From NCBI GenBank assembly GCA_965285935.1, contig OZ260663.1:70122001-70186000 (forward strand): 64,000 bases of DNA. The letters are read 5' to 3'. Source of the stretch: Ophelia neglecta. Its lineage: Eukaryota. The notes under the pieces were generated by a model. The model searched no databases and had not been told where the DNA came from. It saw nothing but the letters and a program-made list of their open reading frames with translations. Positions within the stretch are counted from its first letter, which is position 1. Every line of letters begins with the position of its first letter. The position numbers and the translations under genes were made by a program. This document shows, piece after piece, positions 1 through 13,099 of the stretch.

Positions 1-985
1 GCAGGATTCTTTACGTTCAATAACGCACCAATATAATTCAAATCATGACTAATTATAAAGCTTTATTAAATGAGTACCTTTCGTTAAACCAATTAAGTTA
101 AAGTATATTATAACGCGCATTTTCATACAAATGACATTGACTTACCTTCATTTTTACAAAATTGTCACAAACAAAGGGTTTCTGAACTGGAACATATACA
201 AATGAGAGGGTCCTGCCTGCTCATTGCAGGAGGGTATGGTATTTTTTAGTAACCATTTCCCGTTTAAATCGCATTCTATTTCTTTGAACTATAGCTGCCT
301 TTTATATTTGCAATTGTTTGGAATTATATTTGTATGTTTTTGGAATTGTGGCATTGTGAAAGACACATGTGGATATTGATGGGTTAATCTGTGCGGTATG
401 GCCCCCACATGTGACACACGGCGAGAAATAAAAAACAAGTAAAATGCAACTTTTTTCAACACGAGCCTATATATACGAAAAAAAGTACAGTTAATTGTAA
501 TAGAATTGCTAAAAGGTAGTTAGAAATCGATTTTTTATTCATTGAACATGGAAGTTCTAAAAATATGGTCATCTAGTTGCTTATTTTAATGAAGTGGCAG
601 TTACAAGAAAATATACATATTACCATTTATAACAATTATTAAGCAAAGCATCTTGTACATATTCGTCTATATTGTCTCATTTTAATAGTATGTATTTGAT
701 AAGTTTGTAAGTTGACAACAACTAAAATATAAAACAAATTTTGGTGGCAAAACATTTAAATATATAGCCTATAAGTAGGTATACTTATTATTGTTTATCT
801 CTGAAGAAAATTGGTCCAAATGTAAAGTAAGGTTCAGGCTGAAGTGGACAAGAAACCATTCTTCCGGGCTTGCAGGACCGAGGCGAATGATTCGCGTTGG
901 TGTGAGAGATCAGTATGTTTGAGGTGTGATTCATACGTTTCACCATTATCTTATATCTTTCACTGATAAACCTGTTTTTTTCCAG

Positions 986-1152
986 GCGGTGTATTCGGCG
1001 CCGTGGTGTCGTCCACGATACTCCAGCTCGGTCACGAAGTGACAGGTTTTAACATGAGCTTTGACCAAAGAGGACGGTGTGGAGCGCGACATTGTCCATG
1101 GTCGTCTATGAACGATACACGATTATCTCGACAACAACCTTCCTCCACAGTG
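986..1152 (+). CDS. UNC93-like exon (GVFGAVVSS...CGARHCP)
   Basis: ttttttccAG acceptor 984-985, GTAAGC donor at 1153, open frame. Confidence 0.85.
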
Positions 1153-4027
1153 GTAAGCAATATATTAATAATTTGATGGGACAAAAAAACAGTCTACAAG
1201 TACAATAATGCCCATGCGCTGCCTACACTTTCTATGTCCCATGATGCTAAGACAAAGACATAGATCGTTTTTTCCCTGCATGCAACACAATAAGTTCCGA
1301 ACCACGGAGATCGCCTTCCGTCTTAAGTTATGCACTTCTAAACCATAAAAATCGCCCTTTTATTTTGAAGCCATAAATTTAAAAATAATAGCATAGTGTT
1401 CAAATGTTTCTCATATGATGAACAATTATTCATTAAGTCGACCATATTAATAAACAAAAAATCGATCTTTTCAAAGAAATTCCATGCATGGAAAATGTAT
1501 TCGTAAAATATATAACTTCATAGGTCAGACAAACTTTTTGTCTTTGGCTTTTCTTGATAATGTGTTTCTATTATAGATATGGACTTTGATAGGGGTCTAC
1601 CTGGGGCTCACCCTAATCGCTACTTTATTAGTACCACTTGGCCTGGACAATATAGACTCGTATAAGAAAGACAAACCCAAGGAAGTGTATAACATGGACA
1701 CTTTAAAGAAACTCACGTTAGCCACGTTTTCACAAATGAAGGATATAAAACAGATTCTGTTGATACCTCTTTCTATGACACCGGGATTCTCCAGCGCTTT
1801 GCTCAGCGCTGAATGGACAAAGGTAAGTTTACTGGACAATATGTACTACGAAATATACAAACTAATGTATTAATTTGTAAACCATGGATATATGGCATAT
1901 AGGCGTACTTAAGTAGCAGTGGGGGTATCAGAAAGTGGACGTCAGTGACTGACAGGTGTTAAGAAAGCCACGAATTGTCCACGAAAACAAAGAGATAGGT
2001 TTTCAAGCCGCACATTACTTATTCAGAGAGAGAAACAACATAGATACACTGTTCACGGACACTGTGATTTCATTAAATAAGAGAAAAGATATTTTATCTT
2101 TGACTTTCAATCATACTAAATTTACCGGTCATCCTTTTAACCGGTGTAAAGAGTCCAGATCCATATATTGATGCAATATACCTTCGGTTTATTGCATCAA
2201 TATATAGATCTGTCGGCTACCAGACACGCTATTTAATGTTTGATAACTCTTGTACCTAAAATTAACAGAAAAGTTTCACTTTTTTGAAATACAATACATT
2301 TGTGGTATTGTGTTATCAACTATTAGAATTACGCTTAAAATTGTCATGCATACTCCTTTGCATGAGGAAACTAACAAATTTTACTATACTATCGTTATTT
2401 AGTTCGGGGTAATTTCCAATAAGTATATTTTCAGATAACATAAAATTCAGATAAAGTGTACTTAGGTGTTTTATTGATTAACAATGGGCCTCAAGCACAT
2501 CATAAGTAGTTATTTTCAAAAGCATGAAACTAACCCAAAAGCCTTTTGATTTAATGGCGATTTCAGATTATTATGCGCACTAATATATAAAAGCCTATTT
2601 AGGGTAATACATAATTGCAAGACTCGCCCAGCCCCCGCCCCGGCCCCCTCTCCAACCCCATTGCACGCCCAACTCTTCAGTAAGAAACAAATGGGATATA
2701 GGCTATTTGGGATTCTTTGTTCTGTCTCCTTCCTCTCAAACCCCGGAGCCCAATGGTGCCTTTTTATCGCAATCTGCCTGAATTCAATCTATATCTTGCT
2801 GCCTATTCAGTTCATCATTGTTTCACTGAGCTTTCTTTTTCTGCAGTCCTACGTGACGTGTTCTTCCGGGATTTGGATGGTCGGTTGGGTCGGAATTCCA
2901 TACGGTGTAACCAGTGTCATAATGTCGTATGTCAGCGGATCCATCGTCAAGTACGCCGGCAGAGCAGCGATGCTCACATTTTGTAAGTTTATCCACAGTG
3001 GTTTGTTATTCCCTGTAATTTCAATTAGGTTTTACTGTTATTTTTACAAAGCTGTTTGTCGAACTAGTTTCCTCTTAAATAGGTAAATGCCACCTTCTTT
3101 GCTTTTGATATTACACGTCAAATATACTTAGTCTGAGAGGGGTTTGCAGCAGAAACTTCAGCTCAATTCAATAACGGTTATTGTGCAGCGCATATTAAAT
3201 GTGTATTAGAATAATGCGAAAAATACATTATTCCAAACTTTTAAAGATTACGTATAATTTATATTAAGGCTAATTTATGTGCATATGTTTAGGCTTTTTA
3301 CATTAAGTTTCAACTGCTCGGTGAGTGTCCTTTATCTAGATATCCCCCCTCCCCACGCACACACACCAACCCCTCGCAATGTTATCATTTGCTCACATAC
3401 TATGAAATTATTAGTTGAAATGTTATTTTTTCAGGTTTTGTGTTCAATATTGCCATATATATTGCGTTACTATTGTGGTATCCACATTCTGATCAAGAGG
3501 CAATATTGTATGTTTTATCGGCTTTGGCTGGTCTTGCCAAGGCCCCTTGGTACCCTCAAATATCTGGTAAGTTATATAATATGCATATTATATAATAGCA
3601 TAATTATTTTCATAAAATATTCCAAAAGGAAACAATCAGGTCCGACTACTATACTATTTAAACGTTTATCTGTTTGCTCAGTTTAAAAATAACCGTTTTA
3701 ATTGCCATCAAATATTTATATAATAATATGCTTATATTTTTAATCATCACATGAATTTTTGTTTTTGACATTATTATGATATGACTTTCTATCCTTTATT
3801 CAGCGTTATATGCCAACACATTTAAAGAGAACACGGATGGCGCCTTTGCGAATTTCACGCTTTGGATGTCCCTTGGTTCAACTATAGCATTCGCTTATTC
3901 AAACTTTTTGTGCACAGACATAAAAATTTACATTTGCATTGGGATCTCAATTCTCGGTATGCTTGGTTACGGCGGACTACTCGTGCTAATACGCAGAGAA
4001 AAACAGAAACAGCCACAAGCAGTATAG
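986..4027 (+). CDS. UNC93A: UNC-93/UNC93A-like MFS membrane protein, C-terminal five coding exons (5' exons lie upstream of the window)
   Basis: GT-AG exons 986-1152, 1577-1822, 2847-2982, 3435-3566, 3804-4027 splice in frame (phases 0,0,1,1). Translation includes GVFGAVVSS..CGARHCP, IWTLIGVY..LLIPL..AEWTK|SYVTCSSGIWMVG, IALLLWYP, ALYANTFKENTDGAFANFTLWMSLG..AFAYSNFLC, collinear with UNC93A as I recall it. Stop TAG 4025-4027. Orthology versus paralogy unresolved. Confidence 0.9.
1577..1822 (+). CDS. UNC93-like exon (IWTLIGVY...AEWTK)
   Basis: tatAG acceptor, GTAAGT donor at 1823; overlaps ORF 1586-1873. Confidence 0.9.
2156..2212. repeat. Long hairpin/palindrome with C(TTCG)G loop in UNC93 intron
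   Basis: cagatc-c-atatattgatgcaata...TTCG...tattgcatcaatatat-a-gatctg. Confidence 0.8.
2847..2982 (+). CDS. UNC93-like exon (SYVTC...GRAAMLTF)
   Basis: polypyrimidine-ctgcAG acceptor, GTAAGT donor at 2983. Confidence 0.9.
3435..3566 (+). CDS. UNC93-like exon (FVFNIAIYIALLLWYP...WYPQIS)
   Basis: ttttttcAG acceptor, GTAAGT donor at 3567. Confidence 0.9.
3804..4027 (+). CDS. UNC93-like terminal coding exon (ALYANTF...QPQAV*)
   Basis: ttcAG acceptor; stop TAG; AATAAA candidates near 4176 and 4515. Confidence 0.9.
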
Positions 4028-5388
4028 CAAACAGTTAGACAAGTGGCCGTCAGATGAATCTAGGACCATTATAACATGTAATATAGGGACCCACAGTCAT
4101 ATAATATGATAAAATCTCACTCAGTATTAAATTATACATCATGTTGAATGTATTTGCTCATTTCCTACATAAAATAATAAATTGGAGAAAAAACACCACA
4201 CTTGCCGTTTAGCTCGCTTGTATATAGAGCCTTGTTTGTGCTACACGTACTACTTTATTTGAGCACAGATCTCTAAATTGTAAATATTGCTAACATTATT
4301 TTGGTTCTTCTTGTTATCAGTTTTACATAATGATATTCGGCTTTGTTTCAAACATTACACTAACACTATGTAGTCAATATTGTATGCTCTAATTGCACCC
4401 TGCAATCTTCTTCTGTTTTTATTAAGTTAATATTGGTATTAATACGATAGATCTATTTATTTTTCACACAGTGCAATGGCGGGAACCATTGTCGTTCATA
4501 TTTTATGTATAACAAATAAACATAATAATATCTTAATGCTATTGTTTTCCAATATAGCAAGGACATTATTCATACATACACGCACAACTTTATCTATATA
4601 TTTTTTAATTCGTGATTAATTGAATCTCAGTATTAAATACTAGTGATATGACAAAAAATAAACTTATTCCTTTAAATTCAAATATAGGTCAACGTTTGAA
4701 CCATCTCGTGTTTCTTATCAACCCACAAGTCATTGGCTCAGGCTATGTAGCCAAAGTTTCAGCGAAATATTCTAAGTGAGATGTCTCATTACTCGCAGGC
4801 AATTCTGGCCTAAACATAGAAGAATGAGCAATAGCTGTCATGATATAATTGTATACGATAAACTTTTGTTGTCGCGTGTGCATGCACTTATATTGGTCTT
4901 ATTTTTACAATAATAAAACTAAAGGTTATACTACTTTTAACATTCCTGGATTATACGTATGCTGAGCATAAGTATTATATTTTGTCACCGATTATACCTT
5001 TGACTTTTTAATCTAATCTACTATAATAGGGCAATGGCGACTCGCAATTTGGAGATGTGTGCACTGGGCTGTTTGCTTGGTGTCACTGCTCTGGAGTGCG
5101 CTGGAAACAGTTTGAGAGTAGCGTTAAAAGTAGAGTTGTTGTATTTTCCTCTCGCAGCGCAGCACCGACAGCGCAGTGTCTAAGGCAGGGGTTCAGTCTA
5201 TGTGCGGTTTTTATACCTAGACATTGTCATATATATTATTACTACATATGTAGGAATTATGGAATAGAGTAATGGGTCAAATTGCACAATGACAAGCCCA
5301 ATAAATCATCATCTTGCCTACCTTTTATTGACTCGTATTGTTTTTGGTTCGCATTACCCTGGTTTTAGGAGTTAGAAGGGGATTAGTA

Positions 5389-5454
5389 CCCTGCCCACAG
5401 TGCCAATAACCCCCGAGTTATTGAGGAAAGTTACTCTAACCACTGTGAGCAGGG
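5389..5454. mobile_element. Tiny TA-flanked MITE-like inverted repeat
   Basis: TA|CCCTGCCCACAGTG ... CACTGTGAGCAGGG|TA (14-bp IR, one mismatch). Confidence 0.45.
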
Positions 5455-6410
5455 TAGGAATTACCACCTTAATTGGTTGTTTTTCACACTGCAGAGCAGT
5501 TTATCTGCCATAATTCTCGCCGCAATTTTAGTTGTAAGTAGTGGCAAGAATCATACTTCGGTATGGCTTTCGCTTTAATAACAAATAAGACATTATCTTA
5601 ATAAAATTAATTGACACTATCTAATACATATTATTATGCACATTTGAAACAAATGCGAAACCGCGGTCATTGCCCCATGACGACTATCTGGTTTTTTCTA
5701 TTAAATTTTAAATGTAGAAAACAATTTGTAAATGTTCTACTTATACACAATATACTCGCATGTAGTCCGTGCTTTAAATGAGTGTAAGAGGCACCCGGCA
5801 GGTAATATTGGAAACTTATACGACTTATTTACCCAGTCGGATATGTTTCATACTGCTGACCAACAACCACCTTTCTTACCTCCAAAGCTGATTGCAATTA
5901 AAAGGCAGTGGTAAGGCTGGGATAAGTGGGGCTACTTTCAGCTGTTCATATGGGAATTTAAATAGGAATGATGTTTTAAAAGCCCTTACTTAGTGCTTGT
6001 TGAAGTAATCAAAACAAAACTTTCAGGGATGATTAACATTTTAGAGGGCTTTCCATTCAGGTAAATTTCACATTTGTGTGATAGCTACAGGTTTCGCAAT
6101 GAACATGGAACCGCTGCAAATCTATAGTCTAGCCCCACATTCAAGAGCAGACTATTGGTATGCAGTGCTGTCACCTGCTTGCTAGCAGGCTGAACTAGAA
6201 TTATTACATCATCCCCGCCTTGATTGGTGCAGTTCAAGGCTTGTGATAGAAAGCAGACGTATATTGTTGTAAACTGGGCAAAATGTAATTTACTTTATGT
6301 AAAGGATTTCTACAACTGTGATAGTACACTTCTGACTGAACAACAAAGTCTACGAAAACTTCGTAGCAGTCGTAACAAGAACAGTGAATGTAATATTATG
6401 AAAAAAAATT

Positions 6411-6574
6411 AGCACCACCCCTAAATCCAAAGAAAAGCGACCCTTCATGGCAGGTGGACCTCATCGGAGGTACTTTGATATGGCAAAGATAGCACATGGG
6501 AAGTTTTCTTAATATGTCCTGCCATCGTAGGTGGCCATTTTTTGAAGGTGTCCTACAACACAGGGACCCCTGTA
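6411..6574. mobile_element. Degenerate MITE copy, same family as 56719-56894 (opposite orientation)
   Basis: shares cacccctaaatccaa, tacttt..atgg.aaagatag and the aggga.c.ctgta end with the reverse complement of 56719-56894. Confidence 0.6.
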
Positions 6575-8536
6575 CTGGAAGAAATTTTTTAAAACTAAAA
6601 TCTTAAAAAGGGAATGTGCTCATATACATAATAGAAAAGTTCATAATATTCCATGTCAAAACATCGACGAATTTAATTTTAAGCTAAAACATAACAATTT
6701 GGTAAGTCTCAAAGCACTATGTAAATATAACTTAACTGAAAAAACGATAAATGCCTATTATGTGGTCAAGGTAAAGACAATCACCATATTTATTTCGGGT
6801 GCTGTCATAATGCTGACATATAGGGTTTAGGTGGTGAAACACTTGGCATTGATATACAGTGGCTTCGTGTTGTTTTGAGTTTTCCTGGAAATAACAAACA
6901 TGCTGATTTAAAGACCTTTTCTCTGTGAACTGTTGATTTGGAGAAACTTATTAAGTGTTTAAGTAATTTAAATTGGTGTGTTGTGAGCTCTGGTGGTAGA
7001 CCGCAGATATCAATTGCCAGGCTCTGCCACATCCTGAATAATGCTTCAAGTGTCTGGATTAATGTCGGTTTATTTAATGCTATAATATGTTACATCTATA
7101 TATATGGTTGAATTGACCCTTTCTATGAAGAATTACTAATAAACTTATCTATAAAAGAAGAGATAAAATATCTTCCTGGAAATTTGTTCTTTGTCAACAA
7201 CGTTCATAAGTATTTTCTAGACACATAAGAATATTCTTGGATAAGCTGAATAATAGTTATATAAAGTGCTTCTAAACTAATCTTATAGCTCTGGCATTTT
7301 CACGCTGTCGTGATACAGTCACTGTGTCAGCCACTGATGTGCTTGTTGAAGAGTGTCTTAAACAATAAGATTAATAATTTAGAGATTGGCAAGCTAAATA
7401 TTGTAATTCAACAACTTAACATTATTTCTCGATCTTCAAAACGCAGCATATTCTTAAGACGTTTCATATTTTCCTAAACAGTTTTAAAGACTGACTAGAA
7501 TTTGTTCTTTTTCAAGAATTAAAAAAAACATTTTTTTCTTTAATTATTATAGTTAGTAGCGGGAAATAATCTCATACTTTTACTTTCCTTCCTAGTACAT
7601 TTGGACAAGAGAGTACCAGTAGATCTATACCGAGCTAAGGAATGAGCAAGACAGTCGCTCAGTTTTGTCTCTGGATGATGGCCAGCAAACTGTTACCTCT
7701 ATTCATTGAATATTTCAATAACAATTTGAATCTTCTTTTCGCCTTAGGACCACCAAGTTTTGTTGTAAAAACGTAAGCATTGGCTTATAGAAGCCCTAAC
7801 AGGCAGAATGACTGAAATTAATTAAGTAGGAAAGTTACGGTTTATCTGCTAACACTGCTCATGTCTTCAGTCGTTCACAAATATGATAGAGCTTAAACTA
7901 TCATAGATTCTCATGGGGTATATTTCGTAATTCATCAATTTTATGTTTTCATTTTTTATTTGCATTCCTTCTGGTTTCTGTTGGTTTCGTACCGATTCAG
8001 GTCAGATTATTTTGACTAATGCTCGCGTAGCGCTTCTTGAAATATCAGCATTGCTCGGTTGGAATTGTTGGGAGCCGGCAATCGGCTCCAACTCGCTGTC
8101 TGATGGGACCTGATTTGGAGAAAGATGTAGAGGTGGAATTTCTGGCCCGACAATAGGCTCTCTATTGCTTCATACTATAATGTCGTACGTTGCAGATGCA
8201 CGAGTTCAGTCACTATAAAAGCGTGGCTGGTGCAATTAACATAGATAATAAAGGACTATCGAGGAGATTTGATACCATCTTCCTCGTTATTATTCAAGGA
8301 ACTTTTACACCCCACTTTGGTCTGGTACTTATTGAGACACTGACATCTATATAGTCGCTATGTGTAATGAGAGAGCTTACTACAACATAGCCTCTCTTGG
8401 ACATACATTTCATCTCTGTCCTACTTTGACCACTGACTCGTTTGTTTTGTGATCTGACTCGCATCATGGAAAACGTTTGACTACCTCTTATTGCTAGTGA
8501 TATCATTTGTTTTCGAATGTTTTACATGTTGTTACC

Positions 8537-9423
8537 TGTTATCTATTGTTTGGGAGCTAGAATTGATTTTTTGATATGTGTGGTGCTGTATCAGCTGGTT
8601 AATGACGATTTGGGACCAATATAATGGGCTATCCTTGATAAATGATTTGACTTTGTCTTCCGCGTATTCACTCCCGTCTTTATATGTGCTGGACTTTTAT
8701 ATGTGCTTAGTGTTTTCTACCCAACCCTATCAAGGCCAACTGTGCCAAACCATGATAGATACAAATAAAGAAATAGGACAAACTCTGTGGGCACGTCTTC
8801 TACCCCGGTGATTTCCAAACACACCCGACGAGGTGGGTGGCTTGATTGGCGACACCAGACAGCTGCAGTGTACCACTCACAGATGTTTTTGTAACATATA
8901 AAAAGGACCTAGATATCAAATCCTGCAAAGTCATCCTGCAGGATTGTTAACCAAATCCAGTTATTCAAGAATACGTTTCCGTGTGCAATATCAGAAGTTG
9001 TTAAGCATGTCCAATATATAAAACCTTACCTGATTTCAAAATAAATAGGATTATACTTCTGGATCCTCTAGAACTAGAGAAGAGGTGAGGCAATCTTGAA
9101 ACGTAGGTTGTTAAAATGTTATTCTACCTCTGTTTTCATGGCTTCAAGCCAATCCAATAGAAAATGTTTGTCCACATCCTGCCCCCTTAACCCAATCAAG
9201 TTTATAATTGAAAATAGCCTCATATATAATTTGGCAGGCTGAGATTCTCCTCTGTTCCCAGTATATAGGACTTGGCGAAATGATTTTTCTTCGTTTAGGA
9301 TGGTCGGATGGTGGGCCTAATTGCCGTCATTTAGTTCATTGAATTAATACTACAATGTAGGTAGATCACTCTGATTACTCACATATCAAAAAATCAATTC
9401 TAGCTCCCAAACAGTACATAACA
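8537..9423. mobile_element. Non-autonomous element with ~44-bp inverted repeats
   Basis: 8537-8580 (tgttatctattgtttgggagctagaattgattttttgatatgtg) is the reverse complement of 9380-9423 with 2 mismatches; no TSD or ORF seen. Confidence 0.65.
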
Positions 9424-12400
9424 TTTGTGCTGACATTATTTCTGCATTACAATGCATTACAATGTCATCACTTCTAGTGTAGTCACATGGTCGGCACTGA
9501 CATGTTCTGTGCAGTTTTGCGTAGTTCCGTCAGTGCTCGTCTGCACACGTCTGCACAAATGCCGGTCGTACCTTTAGCTTTGAACACTGCGGCTTAACTA
9601 AGACCTGGCAGTTATTCATTTCAGATCTGAACAAGTGAAAATGCATTGTCTGACGTTAAACAAATTTATCTCCCATAATAAAGGAAAGGCAATATGATTC
9701 CTCCGTGGCAAAATATTAGTATCCAATTAATAAACAGTTTTTCACCATGACAACAGTAAATATTAATATCCTTAGGCTGATACGAAGTCATCATATATAC
9801 ATATAGACGGAAAGGCTTTGGATATATTGTTGGGTAAATTGCTCCTCAGGAGTAAAATATTAAGGTGAATTTATCTTGAATGCAAACACTGACTGAAATA
9901 TATCTTTGATATAAGACGAAAGAGGAAAAATTGCTGTATTAATTGTATCAACATTCTAGCAGAGAAACATAGATTATTTGATTTACACATGGATTCTTGT
10001 TGATGTTATTTATGACTTTAAACACAGGACAGTGTTTTGGATTTTTAATCTTGTACTGTACATGTATTTCCTATCTTGGCGTTATGATAATTAAATCATA
10101 AGCACTTCCTTTTGTTGGAGAAGGTTGAAAACTGAAATGTATTGGTGGCTGTTAAAAAGTGAATTATGTGTTACTTGTTTAAATATTAACTAGCCTCTGG
10201 TGTTTGTATAGAATTTTAATCGATATGGTTTTTGAACCAATGAAATGTTTTTTGCCAATTAAAATTCTTAAAGCTAAGAGTTGGTAAACGTTTTACGTGC
10301 TTCCAGTGGAACACAGACATTACCGGATGTGGACAGTTAATCTCACTCAATTGGGGACATTAAAGAGCCGTTAAAGGTACATTAAAGACCCCCTCCCAGA
10401 CCAGAGCCAGCGCTCGGTTTTAGTGCATATTTCGGTCAATGTCCTGGAAGTGGGCCGATGACCTGCGTGATCGTGCCGCGGCAGACTCGAGATCACAGAG
10501 CCCATTGAAGAACGTGCGCTAAACTTGTGCAGGTCAGGCCATGAAGTCCTGGGTCAGGGCTGCTAGTTTCATTACGCATCCCGCCTCTCTCTGAAGGCCG
10601 CTCCTAGTATCTGTGTGGCATGCCTACTTTAATATCGTACTAAACGGACGGCCAGCGCATGCAGTTTACAATCACAGCTCGCCTCGCCGTTACCATATGT
10701 ATGCGAAAACACCAGCCATCGGGTGTCGAACTGCACGTATCGATTATCACGTAACGTGGTTATTATTGGATATCATTAGGATTGTAATCAGTTTTGGAAC
10801 TGCCTCTGTGTCCTATATTGGTTGTTTTTTGCTGATCCCACAAAACAGATGTCTTTTTGAGGCAGCCATTGATGCTGCACATCGGAACTCCGGCAGTACA
10901 GCGAGTGCAGTTGCCGGCTGTGCCCATCACAACATACAGATAACACAGCTGTGCTGAGAGAGCCTTATCTACAACAGGAACGTAACTACAGCATATGATT
11001 TGGGTTTCCAACAACAGGTACATGAAGAGCATTGTAATTATATTACTCTCTTGAGTTCTGTTTACAGGCATATAAATTTTGTAACAAACAATTAATGAAG
11101 CACAGAATTCTACCAGTTTCTACCGTTTGTAATATTTGCGTATACACATCGTATTGGCACATATATGTGTAATTCTTTTAGCTTTAGGCTTGCATGCAAG
11201 ACGAATCGAACGTGTTTACTTGTAGGATCACGTATTATTCGCTTACGTACCGGTGTCACATACCTGCAACGTGGCCCATGATGGGGGTGCGTGTTTAAAC
11301 AAACAGTGTATTAAATGGATTTATACAGCTTAAAAGCTTCGAGCGATGCGTGTTAGGGCTCCGTGTATTGTTGAACAGAATGGAAATAAAACTAATAACG
11401 GATAGGGCCTAATATCAAAAGTAAATCATAATAATTAGCTTTTGTTAATGTGCTTACTTATAAATTTATATTAATTTTCTACTGAACGGATTGGCATGCG
11501 GTATAGCCACTGTAGTGCAGCGGTCAAAGCGGCTTTCTGAGTTATCGTGCTGCCATATATAGTACTAGCTGTTAGTGTTGCCTTCTGTGTTACTGTGCGG
11601 CGCATATCGCCACATAATAACACAGAATGTAGTTATGACGGGTGCACAATAGCGGTAGCCTACTCAATATTTAAGACAATGTGTGTATTATATCCACGAT
11701 GCTATAGCACGGAGCACATTTAACATATCTTTAACCTTAGTGGTGCCTATATAGTCACGCTATTGCACAATAGGAAAACTTTTCCAATGGGTCTTTTTCT
11801 AAAAAAAAATGAAATTCAGACGGCGTTAAGAAATATTTGCATCGAATTCGTTTAATATAGTTTGGTTTGTATATTGTATAAACTAATTGATGTGTCGGGT
11901 ATAGCTCAATAATAAGTCAATAAGGCTAATATCTGTGACCGCAGATTGAAAGTTAGAGGTCAGGTGATTCTGACCGGTGAGCGCAGCCATCGCCAATGCG
12001 GTGACATTAAGTACACACAGTATATGTAAGCAGGTTGGGGTAATCCGTGACAGGTCGCCACTATAGGTCTATTCTTTTAGACACATCACCCTGCGGCTCA
12101 TTCATAGATTGGACCGGAAAGGCAGTCACTCAGAACACGTTGTATACAGCAACATCGGCCTAGTTGATTTACTTTTAATTTTTGCGTGGTGTCCCCATCA
12201 TCACATGCGTTCAGTGGATGCTCCCTGATGTTGATAACATGAATAACCACCTGTACCCTGTACACCTATAATTACATCTTGACTAACCTTTAACCGGAAT
12301 ATCATATTCGTATGTAACAAAGGTGCATTTGTAATCAGAAAACTTTGATACCATATGAGAGATTTTACTCAATTTTATGACATCATTTGACAGATGTTAC

Positions 12401-12919
12401 GCAATTGTATGACATGCTCCTCGTGTAGCCAACATTAGTGCATGGACACAGAACTATAACTAAAATAAGATCATAACTTAGGCTCGTAATTGGCACAGGC
12501 CATCTAACTACATAACCTTAAAGGGCCGTTCATCGTTTGCGTTCAGGGGATAGAGGATTACGTCTATATTATACATATTATATGGCCAAACGGGTAAAGA
12601 CTACCCACAAGAGTTATCCTACTGTCGTCCTCATCGATATTAGAAATCTTCTCCCCGGCAATGCTTGTATACAGTCTACGACTTTTTTGCTATGTCATGC
12701 CTAGCGTATTGTCGGGGTAAAACCTCCTTTGTGCGTTTGATGCCTACTAGATAAAATAGAATGAATGAAATTGTTCAGATTCACTGATTTTTTTTTTTTT
12801 GATATGGTGTAGGCCTAATGATCACTGATTTTTTTCAATATGGTATAATGATCACACAATTTTCTTCAAATGGTATAAATACTTGTTAGATGTTTTGTAA
12901 CTTGTATGGGCAGGTCATA

Positions 12920-13099
12920 CAGTGAAACTTGAAAATTAAGGCAACCAAAAAGACTAGAAAATGCTGGTCTGATTTCGGAGGTGGTCTGTTTAGACAGGTT
13001 ATTCAACATAGAAAGTATAGAGCATGGTCCTCATATATAAGTTGTCTGAATTGACAAATGGTCTGATTATAGAGATGGTCTTTGTGGCAGGTTTCACTG
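12920..13099. mobile_element. Tc1/mariner-pogo-type MITE (CAGTGAAAC termini, TA TSD)
   Basis: TA|CAGTGAAACTTG ... CAGGTTTCACTG|TA; internal ggtggtct repeats. Confidence 0.75.

Noticed and set aside
6805-7032. 75-aa minus ORF as a LINE RT tail or gene
   Set aside because: Only a vague LP..FK..KHL resemblance; no splice or motif support
11503-11560. tRNA or tRNA-derived SINE head (gtagtgcagcggtcaaagcg)
   Set aside because: A-box-like only; no B-box (GGTTCGA) or cloverleaf
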